From contig CAZBLW010000001.1 in assembly GCA_964493305.1 (NCBI GenBank), positions 177,484-241,483 on the forward strand: a DNA stretch of 64,000 nt, written 5' to 3'. Position 1 is the stretch's first letter; every line of letters begins with the position of its first letter. Source of the DNA: an uncultured Gammaproteobacteria bacterium (GTDB lineage: Bacteria > Patescibacteriota > Patescibacteriia > S139-126). The position numbers were made by a program, and so were the translations under genes. Positions 55,901 to 63,959 of the stretch are shown here, one piece after another. The notes beneath the pieces are model-generated. The model was not told the DNA's origin and did not search any database. It saw only the letters and a list, made by a program, of their open reading frames with translations.

Positions 55901-57986
55901 TCCGGCCAACAACTCCAATGGTGGCAGTAGTGTGACTATGACTTTTACTATCAACCAAGGCGGAGTGTATAATGTCTTGCGCGATGGCGTGATTGTTTAT
56001 ACAACCGGAGACAATGCCGGAACTTACACCTATAGTTTTACCGGACTTAGTTCTGGTCCGCACGTTTTAGGAGTATCAATTACCAATGCCAACGGTACCG
56101 GGAATGCGCAAATCAACTACACGGTTAATCCACCACCATTACCAATAGTTACTATTACCAATCCTGCCAATGGCAGTACTGGTACGAGTACAGTATTTTT
56201 GACTTTCAATATTAGTCAAAACGGAGTTTATACCATTTTACGTGACGGCAGTATTGTCTATACTAGTGGCAATGTAACAGCTGGTTCTCATACTTATGTT
56301 TTAGGAGGATTGTTGCCCGGACCCCATGTCTTGGGTGTATCAATTACCAATGCCAACGGTACCGGGAACGCGCAAGTTGTTTACAATGTAAATCCGCCAC
56401 CACCGGCTCCGCCCACAGTGACCATCAATAGTCCTGCTAACGGTACGACTGGGGGAGCTAGTGTAACTATGAATTTTACTATTAGTCAAAACGGCACTTA
56501 CGTAATATTGCGCAACGGAATTGGAATCGCTACCAGTACAGTTGCAGCTGGAACTTACAATTATACTTACAACAATCTAACCAATGGCAATTATATTTTG
56601 GGAGTATCAATTACCAATGCCAACGGTACGGGTCAGGCACAAATCAACTATACCGCCAATACCCCACCACCCACAGTGACTATCAATAGTCCCACCAATG
56701 GTGGCACGGGCAATACCAGTAGCGTCACTATGCAATATACGGTGAGCGCTGCAGTTTCTGCTTCATTTTTTGTTGACGGCACTAATGTTGGTGGCACCAG
56801 TCATGGTAGCAGTGGTACTTACAGTTTTACTTTTACTGGTCTGACCAACGGCACTCATACCTTACAGGTCAATGTCAATAATCCTTATGGCAATGCTAGT
56901 GCACAAATAACTTACAATATCAGTGTGCCTCCGGTGGTTACTATTTTGAGTCCAGCCAACAATAGTAGTGGCGGTAGCACTGTGGTGATGCAGTTTAATT
57001 TAAGCCAAGGCGGTACTTACAATATTTTGTTGGATGGCACTACGGTATTCACCAATGTTTCTACAGCTGGTACGCAAAATTATACCTTTAACAATTTAAC
57101 TACTGGCGGTCATGTGTTGGGAGTAAATATTAGTAATGTTTATGGTAGTGATAGTGACCAAATAAATTATACTAAGTTGGCAGAAATTCCTGCAGCCCCA
57201 ACTGGATTGACTGCAGTTGCCAGTGGCAATAATATAACTTTAAATTGGACTGACAATGCCAACAACGAAACCAATTTTGTAATTGATCGAGCCATTGGTA
57301 GCCCCACTTCTTGGATGATTGAATATGCTACGGTGGGGGCCAATATCACCACTTTCCAAGATACTGGTTTGTCAGATAATACTTATTATTATCGAGTTAG
57401 AGCAGAAAATGCTGATGGCTTTAGTGCCTATTCCAATACCGCCAGTGCTTTAGTTTTAACACAGGCTACTATTTTTATTTCCAGTGCTACCAGACAGGGT
57501 AATATAGGAGCAGGTTATATAGAAAATGTTGATCAATTTTGTCAAAATTTAGCCGATGCTTCTGCTTTAGTTAGAGCTGGACAATGGCGAGCGTGGATAT
57601 CGGGCTGGTCAACTATTGGCGCTTTTCTTAATCCCAGAGATCATTTAACCAGTTATCAACCAACGCCTTTGTACGGACGAAGTGGTACAGGTTTATATTT
57701 TGTTGCCAATCAAATATCAAGTTTGTGGCTAACAGGAATTCAACATGCCATATTAAATGATGAGTCAGGTGTAACAAGGCCTGATAATGTTTGGACGGCT
57801 ACTTATGGTGACGGTTCTGGTTCTGGTATTAATTGCAATAATTGGCAAATTAATTCCTGGACTTATGGTGGAGCGGTTGGTATTAATGATTATTTTCCAG
57901 TTGTTGGTGATTCAAGATGGACTGATGATCATCAAATTGGTTGCGATTTCAATGCTCGTGTTTATTGTATTTGGTATAGACCATAA
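49965..57986 (+). CDS. giant (2673-aa) cell-surface protein: N-terminal two-helix pilin-like membrane module, Ig-like/beta-sandwich region, Cys-rich EGF-like modules, six tandem ~87-aa repeats, an FN3 domain, and a Cys-containing C-terminal domain
   Basis: N-terminus: hydrophobic helix, then charged loop AAGNEQRVSMAKK, then a second helix. Repeated CSSDPNSC.P...C modules at about 2250-2500 nt. Six repeats PTVTISSPANNSNGGSSVTMTFTI.QGGVYN.LRDG..VYT.G.NAGT.TYSF.GL..GPHVLGVSITNANGTGNAQINYTVNPPP (aa ~1885-2400). FN3: PTGLTAVASGNNITLNWTD...YYYRVRAENADGFSAYS. Confidence 0.7.
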   Translation: MQLFSFPLSNVSEKRSTFPVLGTHFLKTALRNLLATIILGAVFFVPSLVQAQTPDFGLGYGSAIGLGTQDIRETVARIIKIVLGVLGIIVTLIIIYAGYVWMTAAGNEQRVSMAKKILINGVIGLLIIILAYALTVWIFRVIIGGTTGGGGGSCIDGQTSGCTRCVGGAWIYDGTLPGCTLPGADFRVKDITTTREGVSPAQNVYLCSRVQSTFSNRLQAESVAAALTANQLRIDTFAGDWQTTSNVLTFKHDDNIFTANTAYRLLLPRQGNTTPLQDQSGLTLTQCDPIVGCASTLEHFTWDFTTGEENDIVAPTITTTYPISDVTSPTYPDRNVTRSPILEAYFSESIDATSVADANGHPLAGVITLERLSTQGGSVDLTIPNDQLEVYFVDNGFRFNLIDPNLLDSFRWYRITIQGVEDLCGNQMEAPKVWEFQTNDSAPGVRSWYPTGTNQCTDVDVIVGFNSSMFDQQVTLVITGSDGSVYSATIRPSLLEPGPYQVAGSGGTLSVADPGLPYSNNFKSFVFRSTNGWRTNTTYSIAITTDLVINTNGDTLSHNWTFSTSDPASCACAPYIMSVNPNQGMAGQCVTVQGRCFTGTTANPADLTAVTINGQTVTVGGSDSNYFTTTIPDNLPVGTQAPIVATITYQNPTFGSITSNNNVNYYVNQPGVYNGPCLWSVVPSLGCVDTTVTLAGVRFGADPGSYETDQNNVTFNLNRRARQADFSLWSDSSIRTRVPQAAVDGNVYVTANGLATNGIPFDISCGSGGACSSDPNSCIPNSASCAIGYECNTSCICQAVGGGLGDPCSSDPNSCVPSDSCIPSLVCDPTDCICVDDGTGSGSSFRVSTAWPTCDGACINSEVGLRFSTSVNPTTVTNSNIAVFDYRDSGFTQLVGEEQITVFLNTITNEIYIYPDGNLTGGHYIRVVVRDELLGSLGQTIENLNFDEDGNGTNDSYAWTFSTNNTTCSLTGVETSPAQMSFLNINQSQTIYGRAISAQQCGTNQYVNPWVYDWKWEDTDRETIARVSNNDTNDDRRFDPNQTVTSVATGETQIIGAVDALSDLTDVTVGNSGIGVSCDNDPNTPQCELNNDVCRNFGLVCDPNANCTCQDAGNTQLTPGIVSVIPFNNQTNVCRNSIVQVTFNQRMDTGSIVWQSTFNLNDDDRDDVRGGLSFLTVNNGVYGCNNSQGCTVARFYPSRPYFANTLHTITLTTGIKNLAGVSLPANFVSRFTSGSQICRVETVDLQPNYYLFTTLNESVVYLATPRDIRGGLIAPIPGFYDWSWQWQKVDDDNVVTMEDIGSPDRRNLVAQPRNGVARITATAQITTADSSIGDTVGRQISDSSEAEVFICMYPWPETPPMQDSQYGFQMKYCRGNDSANLLGMLSDPGSSIISLTTSDPDLEREYLFNYLGSSLPPGYEGTDPFIISKIKQSKIGRWLIDTWQNLLTLFNRPSALAQVSQDVIGLRIYDNPNRLGPRAWYEQKSFPKGNPQDITVDGFPAIKDGTSVYILGPRRAGSIETYIYVLSYNDLSSQTNIQIFNQLLSNFRFYTLSAQEKPQVARDLKRLADASFIATQVERYQDQTGSYPALTAGSYIAGMSTSKWPSWQATLANQLGVSIPNDPINKFASYCSNNPTQNCWQNSDCGSGQCLSGCAEGANPDTCWNEVTQQYSCPAGSAVYQYRRYGVNDFRIGVLLEVNDYEALPAYLDVNGAYCNGTIYTGDGFCGDGIVQAALGEQCEEGQQRLACDPTWPNYYDPVYQQCESDCQWPDAQVFACGGYCGDGLLQSAQEACDGTAGLGGVGPATCYTDCSGFYCNPGYVLVGGVCQLDWCNPATQDCSSQIPNGSGLYQSCNFVSGNWQWSDCQVTSCNPGYVISGNSCVLPQPTVTISSPANNSNGGSSVTMTFTINQGGVYNVLRDGTVVYTTGDNAGTYTYSFTGLTAGPHVLGVSITNANGTGNAQINYTVNPPPLPTVTISSPANNSNGGSSVTMTFTINQGGVYNVLRDGVIVYTTGDNAGTYTYSFTGLSSGPHVLGVSITNANGTGNAQINYTVNPPPLPIVTITNPANGSTGTSTVFLTFNISQNGVYTILRDGSIVYTSGNVTAGSHTYVLGGLLPGPHVLGVSITNANGTGNAQVVYNVNPPPPAPPTVTINSPANGTTGGASVTMNFTISQNGTYVILRNGIGIATSTVAAGTYNYTYNNLTNGNYILGVSITNANGTGQAQINYTANTPPPTVTINSPTNGGTGNTSSVTMQYTVSAAVSASFFVDGTNVGGTSHGSSGTYSFTFTGLTNGTHTLQVNVNNPYGNASAQITYNISVPPVVTILSPANNSSGGSTVVMQFNLSQGGTYNILLDGTTVFTNVSTAGTQNYTFNNLTTGGHVLGVNISNVYGSDSDQINYTKLAEIPAAPTGLTAVASGNNITLNWTDNANNETNFVIDRAIGSPTSWMIEYATVGANITTFQDTGLSDNTYYYRVRAENADGFSAYSNTASALVLTQATIFISSATRQGNIGAGYIENVDQFCQNLADASALVRAGQWRAWISGWSTIGAFLNPRDHLTSYQPTPLYGRSGTGLYFVANQISSLWLTGIQHAILNDESGVTRPDNVWTATYGDGSGSGINCNNWQINSWTYGGAVGINDYFPVVGDSRWTDDHQIGCDFNARVYCIWYRP
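55620..57180 (+). repeat. six in-frame tandem repeats of about 258-270 nt inside the giant gene; copies 1 and 2 are about 90% identical at nucleotide level
   Basis: Units start at about 55620, 55881, 56142, 56412, 56669 and 56929. The string gtatcaattaccaatgccaacggtaccggg is conserved across copies 1-4. Confidence 0.85.
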
Positions 57987-57991
57987 AATAT

Positions 57992-58483
57992 ATGAATGAA
58001 ATTAACGACAAAGTAAACGAATTTAAAGTAAAAAGAAAAATAAAATTTCTCGCCACGTTATTATTGGTTTTGGTGATTGTTACTGGTGGAGTTATTTATT
58101 TTTTCTGGAACAATCGTTTGGAATTGGCTATGTTTGGTCATGACGGTAAACAGGTTGATTTAGCTATTGGCAACAAAGAGGTAATAGATGAAACCTTGGA
58201 CACCGATGGTGATGGCCTGACTGATATGATAGAAATACGTTTAGGAACAGATAAAAATAAAATTGATTCTGACGAAGATGGTATTATTGATGGCGAGGAA
58301 TTAATGGGTTGGGGAACCAATCCTGTAAAAATGGACACTGACAATGACGGCCTGTCTGATTACAACGAGATAAAAGTTTATAGTACTGATCCGCTAAAAC
58401 CGGATACCGACGGTGATGGTTTTGCTGATGGTTGGGAAGTCTATAATAATTTCAACCCTCTGGGAGAAGGTAAATTAGAATAA
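57992..58483 (+). CDS. membrane-anchored protein with thrombospondin-type-3-like DxDxDG calcium-binding repeats
   Basis: TM helix (LATLLLVLVIVTGGVIYFFW), then DTDGDGLTD, DSDEDGIIDGEE, DTDNDGLSDYNE, DTDGDGFADGWE. Confidence 0.65.
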   Translation: MNEINDKVNEFKVKRKIKFLATLLLVLVIVTGGVIYFFWNNRLELAMFGHDGKQVDLAIGNKEVIDETLDTDGDGLTDMIEIRLGTDKNKIDSDEDGIIDGEELMGWGTNPVKMDTDNDGLSDYNEIKVYSTDPLKPDTDGDGFADGWEVYNNFNPLGEGKLE

Positions 58484-58531
58484 TCTGAATTTTTTGTTAT
58501 AATAAATTATTATAACTAAATCATAAATTTT

Positions 58532-59155
58532 ATGTTTGATGATGTAAAACCAAATTTATCAACTGATCAACCGCAATTAAGTGACAACAGTTCTAAACCA
58601 GTTGAAGATATTTTTTCAGAAACAGAAAAATCTAACCCCAGTCAAGTTATGCCTGAGAGTCAAACTGCTACCACAATTCCGCCAGCATATTTACCTGCGA
58701 GTGGTTACGAATCAGGTAAAGGTAGAAAAAAAATACTAAAAGTTCTGCTGGGATTAATTATACTGGGTATTGTCGGAGTGGGTGGTTATTTGGCTTACGG
58801 TAAGTATTTGGCCGGCTGGTTAGCTAAAACCGACAGTAATCCACCAGTGACAAGCACTACTGAAACTGAGGAAAATAATTCCGCTCCAACAAGCAATATT
58901 GTATCAGGAAATATCCAAGACAGTGACAATGACGGTTTATCAGATGAAGAAGAGGGGGTGTATGGAACCAATATAAATTCACCAGATACTGATGAAGATG
59001 GATTATTTGATCGGGAGGAAGTAAAAATTTATGATACTGATCCGCTAAATCCAGATACCGACAATGATGGTTATTTGGATGGCGACGAAGTTAAATCAGG
59101 GTACAATCCGTTGGGACCGGGAAAATTGTGGCCAGACAATCCAATTAGTGAATAA
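58532..59155 (+). CDS. membrane-anchored protein with TSP3-like calcium-binding Asp repeats (paralogue)
   Basis: TM helix (VLLGLIILGIVGVGGYLAY), then DSDNDGLSDEEE, DTDEDGLFDREE, DTDNDGYLDGDE. The C-terminal end NPLGPGKL is shared with the previous protein (NPLGEGKL). Confidence 0.65.
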   Translation: MFDDVKPNLSTDQPQLSDNSSKPVEDIFSETEKSNPSQVMPESQTATTIPPAYLPASGYESGKGRKKILKVLLGLIILGIVGVGGYLAYGKYLAGWLAKTDSNPPVTSTTETEENNSAPTSNIVSGNIQDSDNDGLSDEEEGVYGTNINSPDTDEDGLFDREEVKIYDTDPLNPDTDNDGYLDGDEVKSGYNPLGPGKLWPDNPISE

Positions 59156-59160
59156 AATAT

Positions 59161-60504
59161 ATGAATACAGATCAGTCACAAAATTTTGAACAATTTAACG
59201 GTTATGAACAAGCGCCGGCAGTTTATACTATGCCGGAAAAATTTTTACCTCAAACAAAAACCAAATCAAAAAAAACTGGTAAAGGGATAATTATATTTTT
59301 ATATTTTTTGATTGGCGTAGTGGTTATAGCAGCCGGGGGCGCAGTGTGGTATTTATTTTTACGCCAGGAACCAGTTAGTACTGACCAACCCAGTTTAAAT
59401 ATTCCGCCAGTTAATATTGTTGCTCCTACTACTACCACCACTACCGAAAATACTCCTGAACCGGTGGAAGTGAGATTTGTGGCACGTGATGAATTCAATA
59501 ATGAATTTTCTTCTGTTACTTTGAAATTATCCGGTGCAGACACAGCTTTAGCCCAACAAATAAAGGTAAATTCATTATTACCAGTGCAAATGACCGGGAG
59601 AGCTAGTAGAGCAATTGGAGCTATTTATTCATTTAGTCTAACCAATGGTGGTAATTTGACTCAACCCACTACTTTTGTTTTTGCCTATACTGAGCCCGAT
59701 GATTTAACCAGTAAAAAAGAAAATAGCTTACAATTGGCTGAAGAAATATCAACCGGTACTTGGAAATATTTGGCCGGAAGTAAATTGGATATAGTGGGCA
59801 ACACTATCAGTATTGAATTAAATGCTCTGCCCCAAGACCAAGTCACAATTTTATCCAACTTAGAAGAAGAAGAAAATTTCGATTTTACAACAGAGAACGA
59901 TGAACAAGTAGTTGACGATTCCAATTTAGCTACCACGCCGTTGACGTCGACGCTTGATTCTGACAACGACGGTTTAACTGATGTTGAAGAATTATTATAT
60001 CAAGCCAATCCAGCACTTCCAGATACCGATGGCGATGGTTATTTGGACGGTCAAGAGGTAATCTACGGCTATAGTCCGGTTAGTGCCAATAGTTTAGCTG
60101 GTGATAATTTAGTCACTGCTTATGAAAATCAAGATATGGGAATAAGTTTATACTATCCAAGTAGTTGGGCGGTGCGGGTCGGTACTGCTGATTTAGAGTC
60201 AGTTTCTTTTGAATCGCAGGGTGATGATTTTATGCAAATATCTATCCAGGATAATCTTGATAATTTAAGTATAAGCGACTGGTATGGTTTATTGGTGCCC
60301 AATTTAGATCAGACTCTATTGAATAAAACCTCGGTTAATGGTTATGACGCAATTTTTTCTGCTGATCTAGCCAATTTATATGTAGCAGTAGGTGATAAAG
60401 TGTATATTATGACTTATAGCGCTGGGCTAAAAACTCAAGTTGATTATTTAACTACCTTTGCTATGATGCGGACTAGCCTAAAATTTTTAACTAATGCCAA
60501 TTAA
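59161..60504 (+). CDS. membrane-anchored protein with TSP3-like calcium-binding repeats plus a C-terminal beta-rich domain (paralogue)
   Basis: TM helix (IIIFLYFLIGVVVIAAGGAVWYLFL), a TTTTTT linker, DSDNDGLTDVEE, DTDGDGYLDGQE. Confidence 0.6.
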   Translation: MNTDQSQNFEQFNGYEQAPAVYTMPEKFLPQTKTKSKKTGKGIIIFLYFLIGVVVIAAGGAVWYLFLRQEPVSTDQPSLNIPPVNIVAPTTTTTTENTPEPVEVRFVARDEFNNEFSSVTLKLSGADTALAQQIKVNSLLPVQMTGRASRAIGAIYSFSLTNGGNLTQPTTFVFAYTEPDDLTSKKENSLQLAEEISTGTWKYLAGSKLDIVGNTISIELNALPQDQVTILSNLEEEENFDFTTENDEQVVDDSNLATTPLTSTLDSDNDGLTDVEELLYQANPALPDTDGDGYLDGQEVIYGYSPVSANSLAGDNLVTAYENQDMGISLYYPSSWAVRVGTADLESVSFESQGDDFMQISIQDNLDNLSISDWYGLLVPNLDQTLLNKTSVNGYDAIFSADLANLYVAVGDKVYIMTYSAGLKTQVDYLTTFAMMRTSLKFLTNAN

Positions 60505-60943
60505 AGTTTATTTTTATTCTTTTAAACCAAGTCAGATAACTAAAAAGTTAGTTGCGCAGGTAGTGAAACAAACTCTTAGTTTAGCCAATATTAAAAAGGA
60601 TTATAATGAAGTGTCGGTAGCATTATTGTCTGACCAGGCAGTAAAAAAATTGAATTACAATTACCGCCAAATTAACAAACCAACCGATGTTTTGTCTTTT
60701 TCTGGTCAAACTAAACCTTGGCCGGGGATGAAAAATTTTCTAGGTGAAATAGTAATTGCCAAAGGAGTTTGTCAGCGACAAGCTCAGCTACATCAACATA
60801 GTTTTAAAAAAGAATTTATTATATTACTTATTCATGGCACGCTACATTTATTGGGTTATGATCATCAAAAAGACAAACCGGCCCTGATTATGGAGTCATT
60901 GGAGGCTAAAATATTAAAAAAGTTTTATGAATCTGTTCAGTAA
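60494..60943 (+). CDS. ybeY: rRNA maturation endoribonuclease YbeY
   Basis: HGTLHLLGYDH metal-binding motif. Overlaps the upstream gene by 11 nt. Confidence 0.85.
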   Translation: MPIKVYFYSFKPSQITKKLVAQVVKQTLSLANIKKDYNEVSVALLSDQAVKKLNYNYRQINKPTDVLSFSGQTKPWPGMKNFLGEIVIAKGVCQRQAQLHQHSFKKEFIILLIHGTLHLLGYDHQKDKPALIMESLEAKILKKFYESVQ

Positions 60944-61298
60944 TTTATGGCGTAGCGTCAGTAATGCAGGTAGTGGTTGGCGTTATTTATTTACCAGTCA
61001 ACAAAATTTTCGTATTCAAGTTTTCTTTGCTTTAGTGGTATTTATTGTGGCTTGGTTACTGCAAGTTAGAAGACAAGATTGGATTGTTTTATTGTTGTTA
61101 GTGACCATGGTACTGGTATTAGAGGCCTTGAATACAGTTTTTGAGTTTTTTTTGGATATGTTAAAACCAAAAATCCATAGTTATGTTAAAATGTTTAAAG
61201 ACATGTTAGCTGCTATGGTATTACTGGCATCAGTGGCAGCGGGGATTATTGGTTTGATCATTTTTTATCCTTATCTGAAAAATATTTTTGTTCAGTAG
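60927..61298 (+). CDS. dgkA: diacylglycerol kinase / undecaprenol kinase (DgkA family)
   Basis: 3-TM protein with the EALNTVFEFFLD acidic motif. Conserved ybeY-dgkA adjacency. Confidence 0.75.
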   Translation: MNLFSNLWRSVSNAGSGWRYLFTSQQNFRIQVFFALVVFIVAWLLQVRRQDWIVLLLLVTMVLVLEALNTVFEFFLDMLKPKIHSYVKMFKDMLAAMVLLASVAAGIIGLIIFYPYLKNIFVQ

Positions 61299-61374
61299 TT
61301 TGTTAGTCTTGGTAAATTTTTTAATTTTTTGAAAATATTGTATAATATAAGAGTAAAATTGATAGTCAACAATC

Positions 61375-62610
61375 ATGAGTAAAAACAACATCATCACTGG
61401 CTTAGATATCGGCACTACTCATATTCGAGTGGTAGTTGGTCAAGCCGTGGGTGAACAATTAAATGTGATGGCAGCAGCCGAAGTACCAGCTGAAGGCGTT
61501 AGTAAAGGCGTTATTAACAGTATTGAAGATGCAGTTTCTTCGGTCTCTTCAGCTTTGGAAAAAGCGGAAAGACTATCTGGTTTACCAATCGAAAATACTT
61601 TTGTGGCTATTTCTGGTTCGCATATTATTTCTGAAGATAGTCACGGTGTGGTAGCGGTAGGCAAAGCTGATGGTGAGATTAGGGATGATGATGTTGAAAG
61701 AGTGATTGAAGCGGCTCAAGCGGTAGCCAGTCCACCCAATTATGAAATCTTACATGTTATTCCCAGATCTTTCAGTGTAGACAATCAGACTGGCATCAAA
61801 GACCCGGTTGGGATGACTGGAGTTAGATTGGAAGTTGACACTCAAATTATTCAAGGTTTATCAACCCAGGTAAAAAACTTAACTAAGTGTGTTTATCGTA
61901 CTGGTGTTGATATTGATGATTTAGTATTGGGGGTTTTAGCTGCTTCTGAGGCCGTATTAAGCAAAAGACAGAAAGAATTGGGGGTGGCTTTGGTGAATAT
62001 CGGCGGGGCCACTACCAGTTTAGCCGTATTTGAAGAAGGAGATATTTTACACACTAAGGTTTTACCAGTCGGAGGTATGCATATTACCAATGATATTGCT
62101 ATTGGCCTACGAACTTCAGTCGATGTTGCTGAAGATATTAAACTTACTTATGGTAATTGTGATTTAGCTAAAATAGAGAAAAGAAAAGAAATTGATTTAT
62201 CTGAATTTTCTGAAGTTGAATCTGGCTATGTAAGTTTGAAACAGGTGACTGAAATTATTCAAGCACGAGTTGAGGAAATATTTAAAATGATTGAAACGGA
62301 ATTGAAAAAAATTGATAGATCCGGGATGTTACCAGCTGGTATTGTTTTTACCGGTGGTAGCGCTAAGTTGCCCGGTCTAATAGATTTTGCCAAAAATTAT
62401 TTGAAACTACCAGCCGGACTTGGTAAAAATCAATCAGTCTCTAGTGCCATAGATAAAATCAATGATGTTAGTTTTTCAACAGCTCTAGGTCTGGTAGTTT
62501 GGGGGCAAGGCGTCTATACTGCTCAAGGAACCACTAGTCCCTTTGAAAAGATAAAGCCTGATCAAATGTTTACGAATGTTAAAAAAATATTTAAGAAATG
62601 GATACCCTAG
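61375..62610 (+). CDS. ftsA: cell division protein FtsA
   Basis: Actin-fold motifs GLDIGTT.IRVVV, ..ENTFVAISG, GGGTT...V. Directly upstream of ftsZ. Confidence 0.9.
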   Translation: MSKNNIITGLDIGTTHIRVVVGQAVGEQLNVMAAAEVPAEGVSKGVINSIEDAVSSVSSALEKAERLSGLPIENTFVAISGSHIISEDSHGVVAVGKADGEIRDDDVERVIEAAQAVASPPNYEILHVIPRSFSVDNQTGIKDPVGMTGVRLEVDTQIIQGLSTQVKNLTKCVYRTGVDIDDLVLGVLAASEAVLSKRQKELGVALVNIGGATTSLAVFEEGDILHTKVLPVGGMHITNDIAIGLRTSVDVAEDIKLTYGNCDLAKIEKRKEIDLSEFSEVESGYVSLKQVTEIIQARVEEIFKMIETELKKIDRSGMLPAGIVFTGGSAKLPGLIDFAKNYLKLPAGLGKNQSVSSAIDKINDVSFSTALGLVVWGQGVYTAQGTTSPFEKIKPDQMFTNVKKIFKKWIP

Positions 62611-62631
62611 TTAATTATCTAGTTATTATGA

Positions 62632-62657
62632 CTCCCTAAATACGGGGAGTTTTTTTG
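62632..62657 (+). terminator. terminator/attenuator hairpin after ftsA (actccctaaatacggggagt + T7)
   Basis: Stem ctcccc/ggggag followed by TTTTTTT. Confidence 0.65.
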
Positions 62658-62771
62658 TACAAAAAATATGAACAGATGAACAACAAATTGGTTCATCAAA
62701 CTCTAGCCAAAAATTTTATTTTTTTTTAAACTATAAGCAATTAAATAAACTCTAATATTTATTAAAATTAT

Positions 62772-63959
62772 ATGGAAGTTAAACCTGAAGTTGAAACATT
62801 TGCCAAAATAAAAGTAATTGGTGTTGGCGGATCTGGTGGATCAGCTATCAACCGGATGATTGCCACTAAAATCAGGGGAGTAGAGTTTGTAGCTGTCAAT
62901 ACTGATGCTCAAGCTTTACACCACAATGAAGCACCGCATAAAATTCATATTGGTAAAAATACTACCCGCGGTTTAGGTGCTGGTATGGATCCAGAGTTAG
63001 GTCGCAGTGCAGCTGAAGAAGAACAAGAAGAACTTGAAGATATGGTCCATGATGCTGACATGGTATTTATTACTTGTGGTTTAGGTGGTGGTACCGGTAC
63101 AGGTGCATCACCAATCATTGCCGAGATGGCTAAAAAGGCCGGTGCTTTAACAGTAGCGGTAGTTACTAAACCATTTACTTTTGAAGGTGCCCAAAGGCGT
63201 TATATTGCTGATCAAGGCATGCAAGATTTAGCTGATCGAGTTGATACAATAATTACCATACCCAATGATAGGTTGTTACAGATTATCGATAAAAAAACTT
63301 CATTGATCGATGCCTTTGCGGTAGTTGATGAAGTGTTACGTCAGGGTGTGCAGGGTATTTCGGAAATTATTACCGTACCAGGACTGATCAATGTTGACTT
63401 TGCTGATGTCAAGGCAGTCATGAAAGAAGCCGGCAGTGCTTTAATGGGTATTGGTCGAGGTAGTGGAGAAAATAGAGCAGTTGAAGCGGCTAAAGCGGCC
63501 ATAAACAGTCCTTTATTGGAAATGTCCATCGATGGTGCTAAGGGAATCTTATTTACCGTTTCCGGTGGTAAAGATTTAGGTATGTACGAAGTCAATGAAG
63601 CTGCCAATGTAATTACTCAATCAGCTGATCCTAATGCCAAAGTAATTTTTGGTACAATTGTAGACGATTCTTTAGGTGATGAGGTTAAGGTAACGGTGAT
63701 TGCCACTGGCTTTACTGGTCAGCCCTTGAAACGTAAAGATTTAGATTTAAAAGATTTAAAATCTACTATCAGACCTGACAAAGAACCAACCCCGGTTAGG
63801 GAAATCAAAGAAACTCCCAAATCGTCTGAAGAGGAACCAATGTCACCCTCTCGTAAATATGCCCGACCCTTACCTCAGCAAAAAACTCAAGAACAAAAAA
63901 AGAATGAAGAAGAAGAGGAGTTAGAAATACCCGCCTTTATTCGGAAGAAAATGATGTAA
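62772..63959 (+). CDS. ftsZ: cell division GTPase FtsZ
   Basis: GVGGSGGSAINRMI and the tubulin signature GGGTGTGASPIIAEMAK. Acidic/basic C-terminal tail ending ..IPAFIRKKMM. Confidence 0.95.
   Translation: MEVKPEVETFAKIKVIGVGGSGGSAINRMIATKIRGVEFVAVNTDAQALHHNEAPHKIHIGKNTTRGLGAGMDPELGRSAAEEEQEELEDMVHDADMVFITCGLGGGTGTGASPIIAEMAKKAGALTVAVVTKPFTFEGAQRRYIADQGMQDLADRVDTIITIPNDRLLQIIDKKTSLIDAFAVVDEVLRQGVQGISEIITVPGLINVDFADVKAVMKEAGSALMGIGRGSGENRAVEAAKAAINSPLLEMSIDGAKGILFTVSGGKDLGMYEVNEAANVITQSADPNAKVIFGTIVDDSLGDEVKVTVIATGFTGQPLKRKDLDLKDLKSTIRPDKEPTPVREIKETPKSSEEEPMSPSRKYARPLPQQKTQEQKKNEEEEELEIPAFIRKKMM

Noticed and set aside
51783-57999. Numerous short sense and antisense ORFs within the 8-kb giant gene
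   Set aside because: The single 2673-aa frame is continuous and shows repeated domain-level periodicity. The short ORFs fall inside it.
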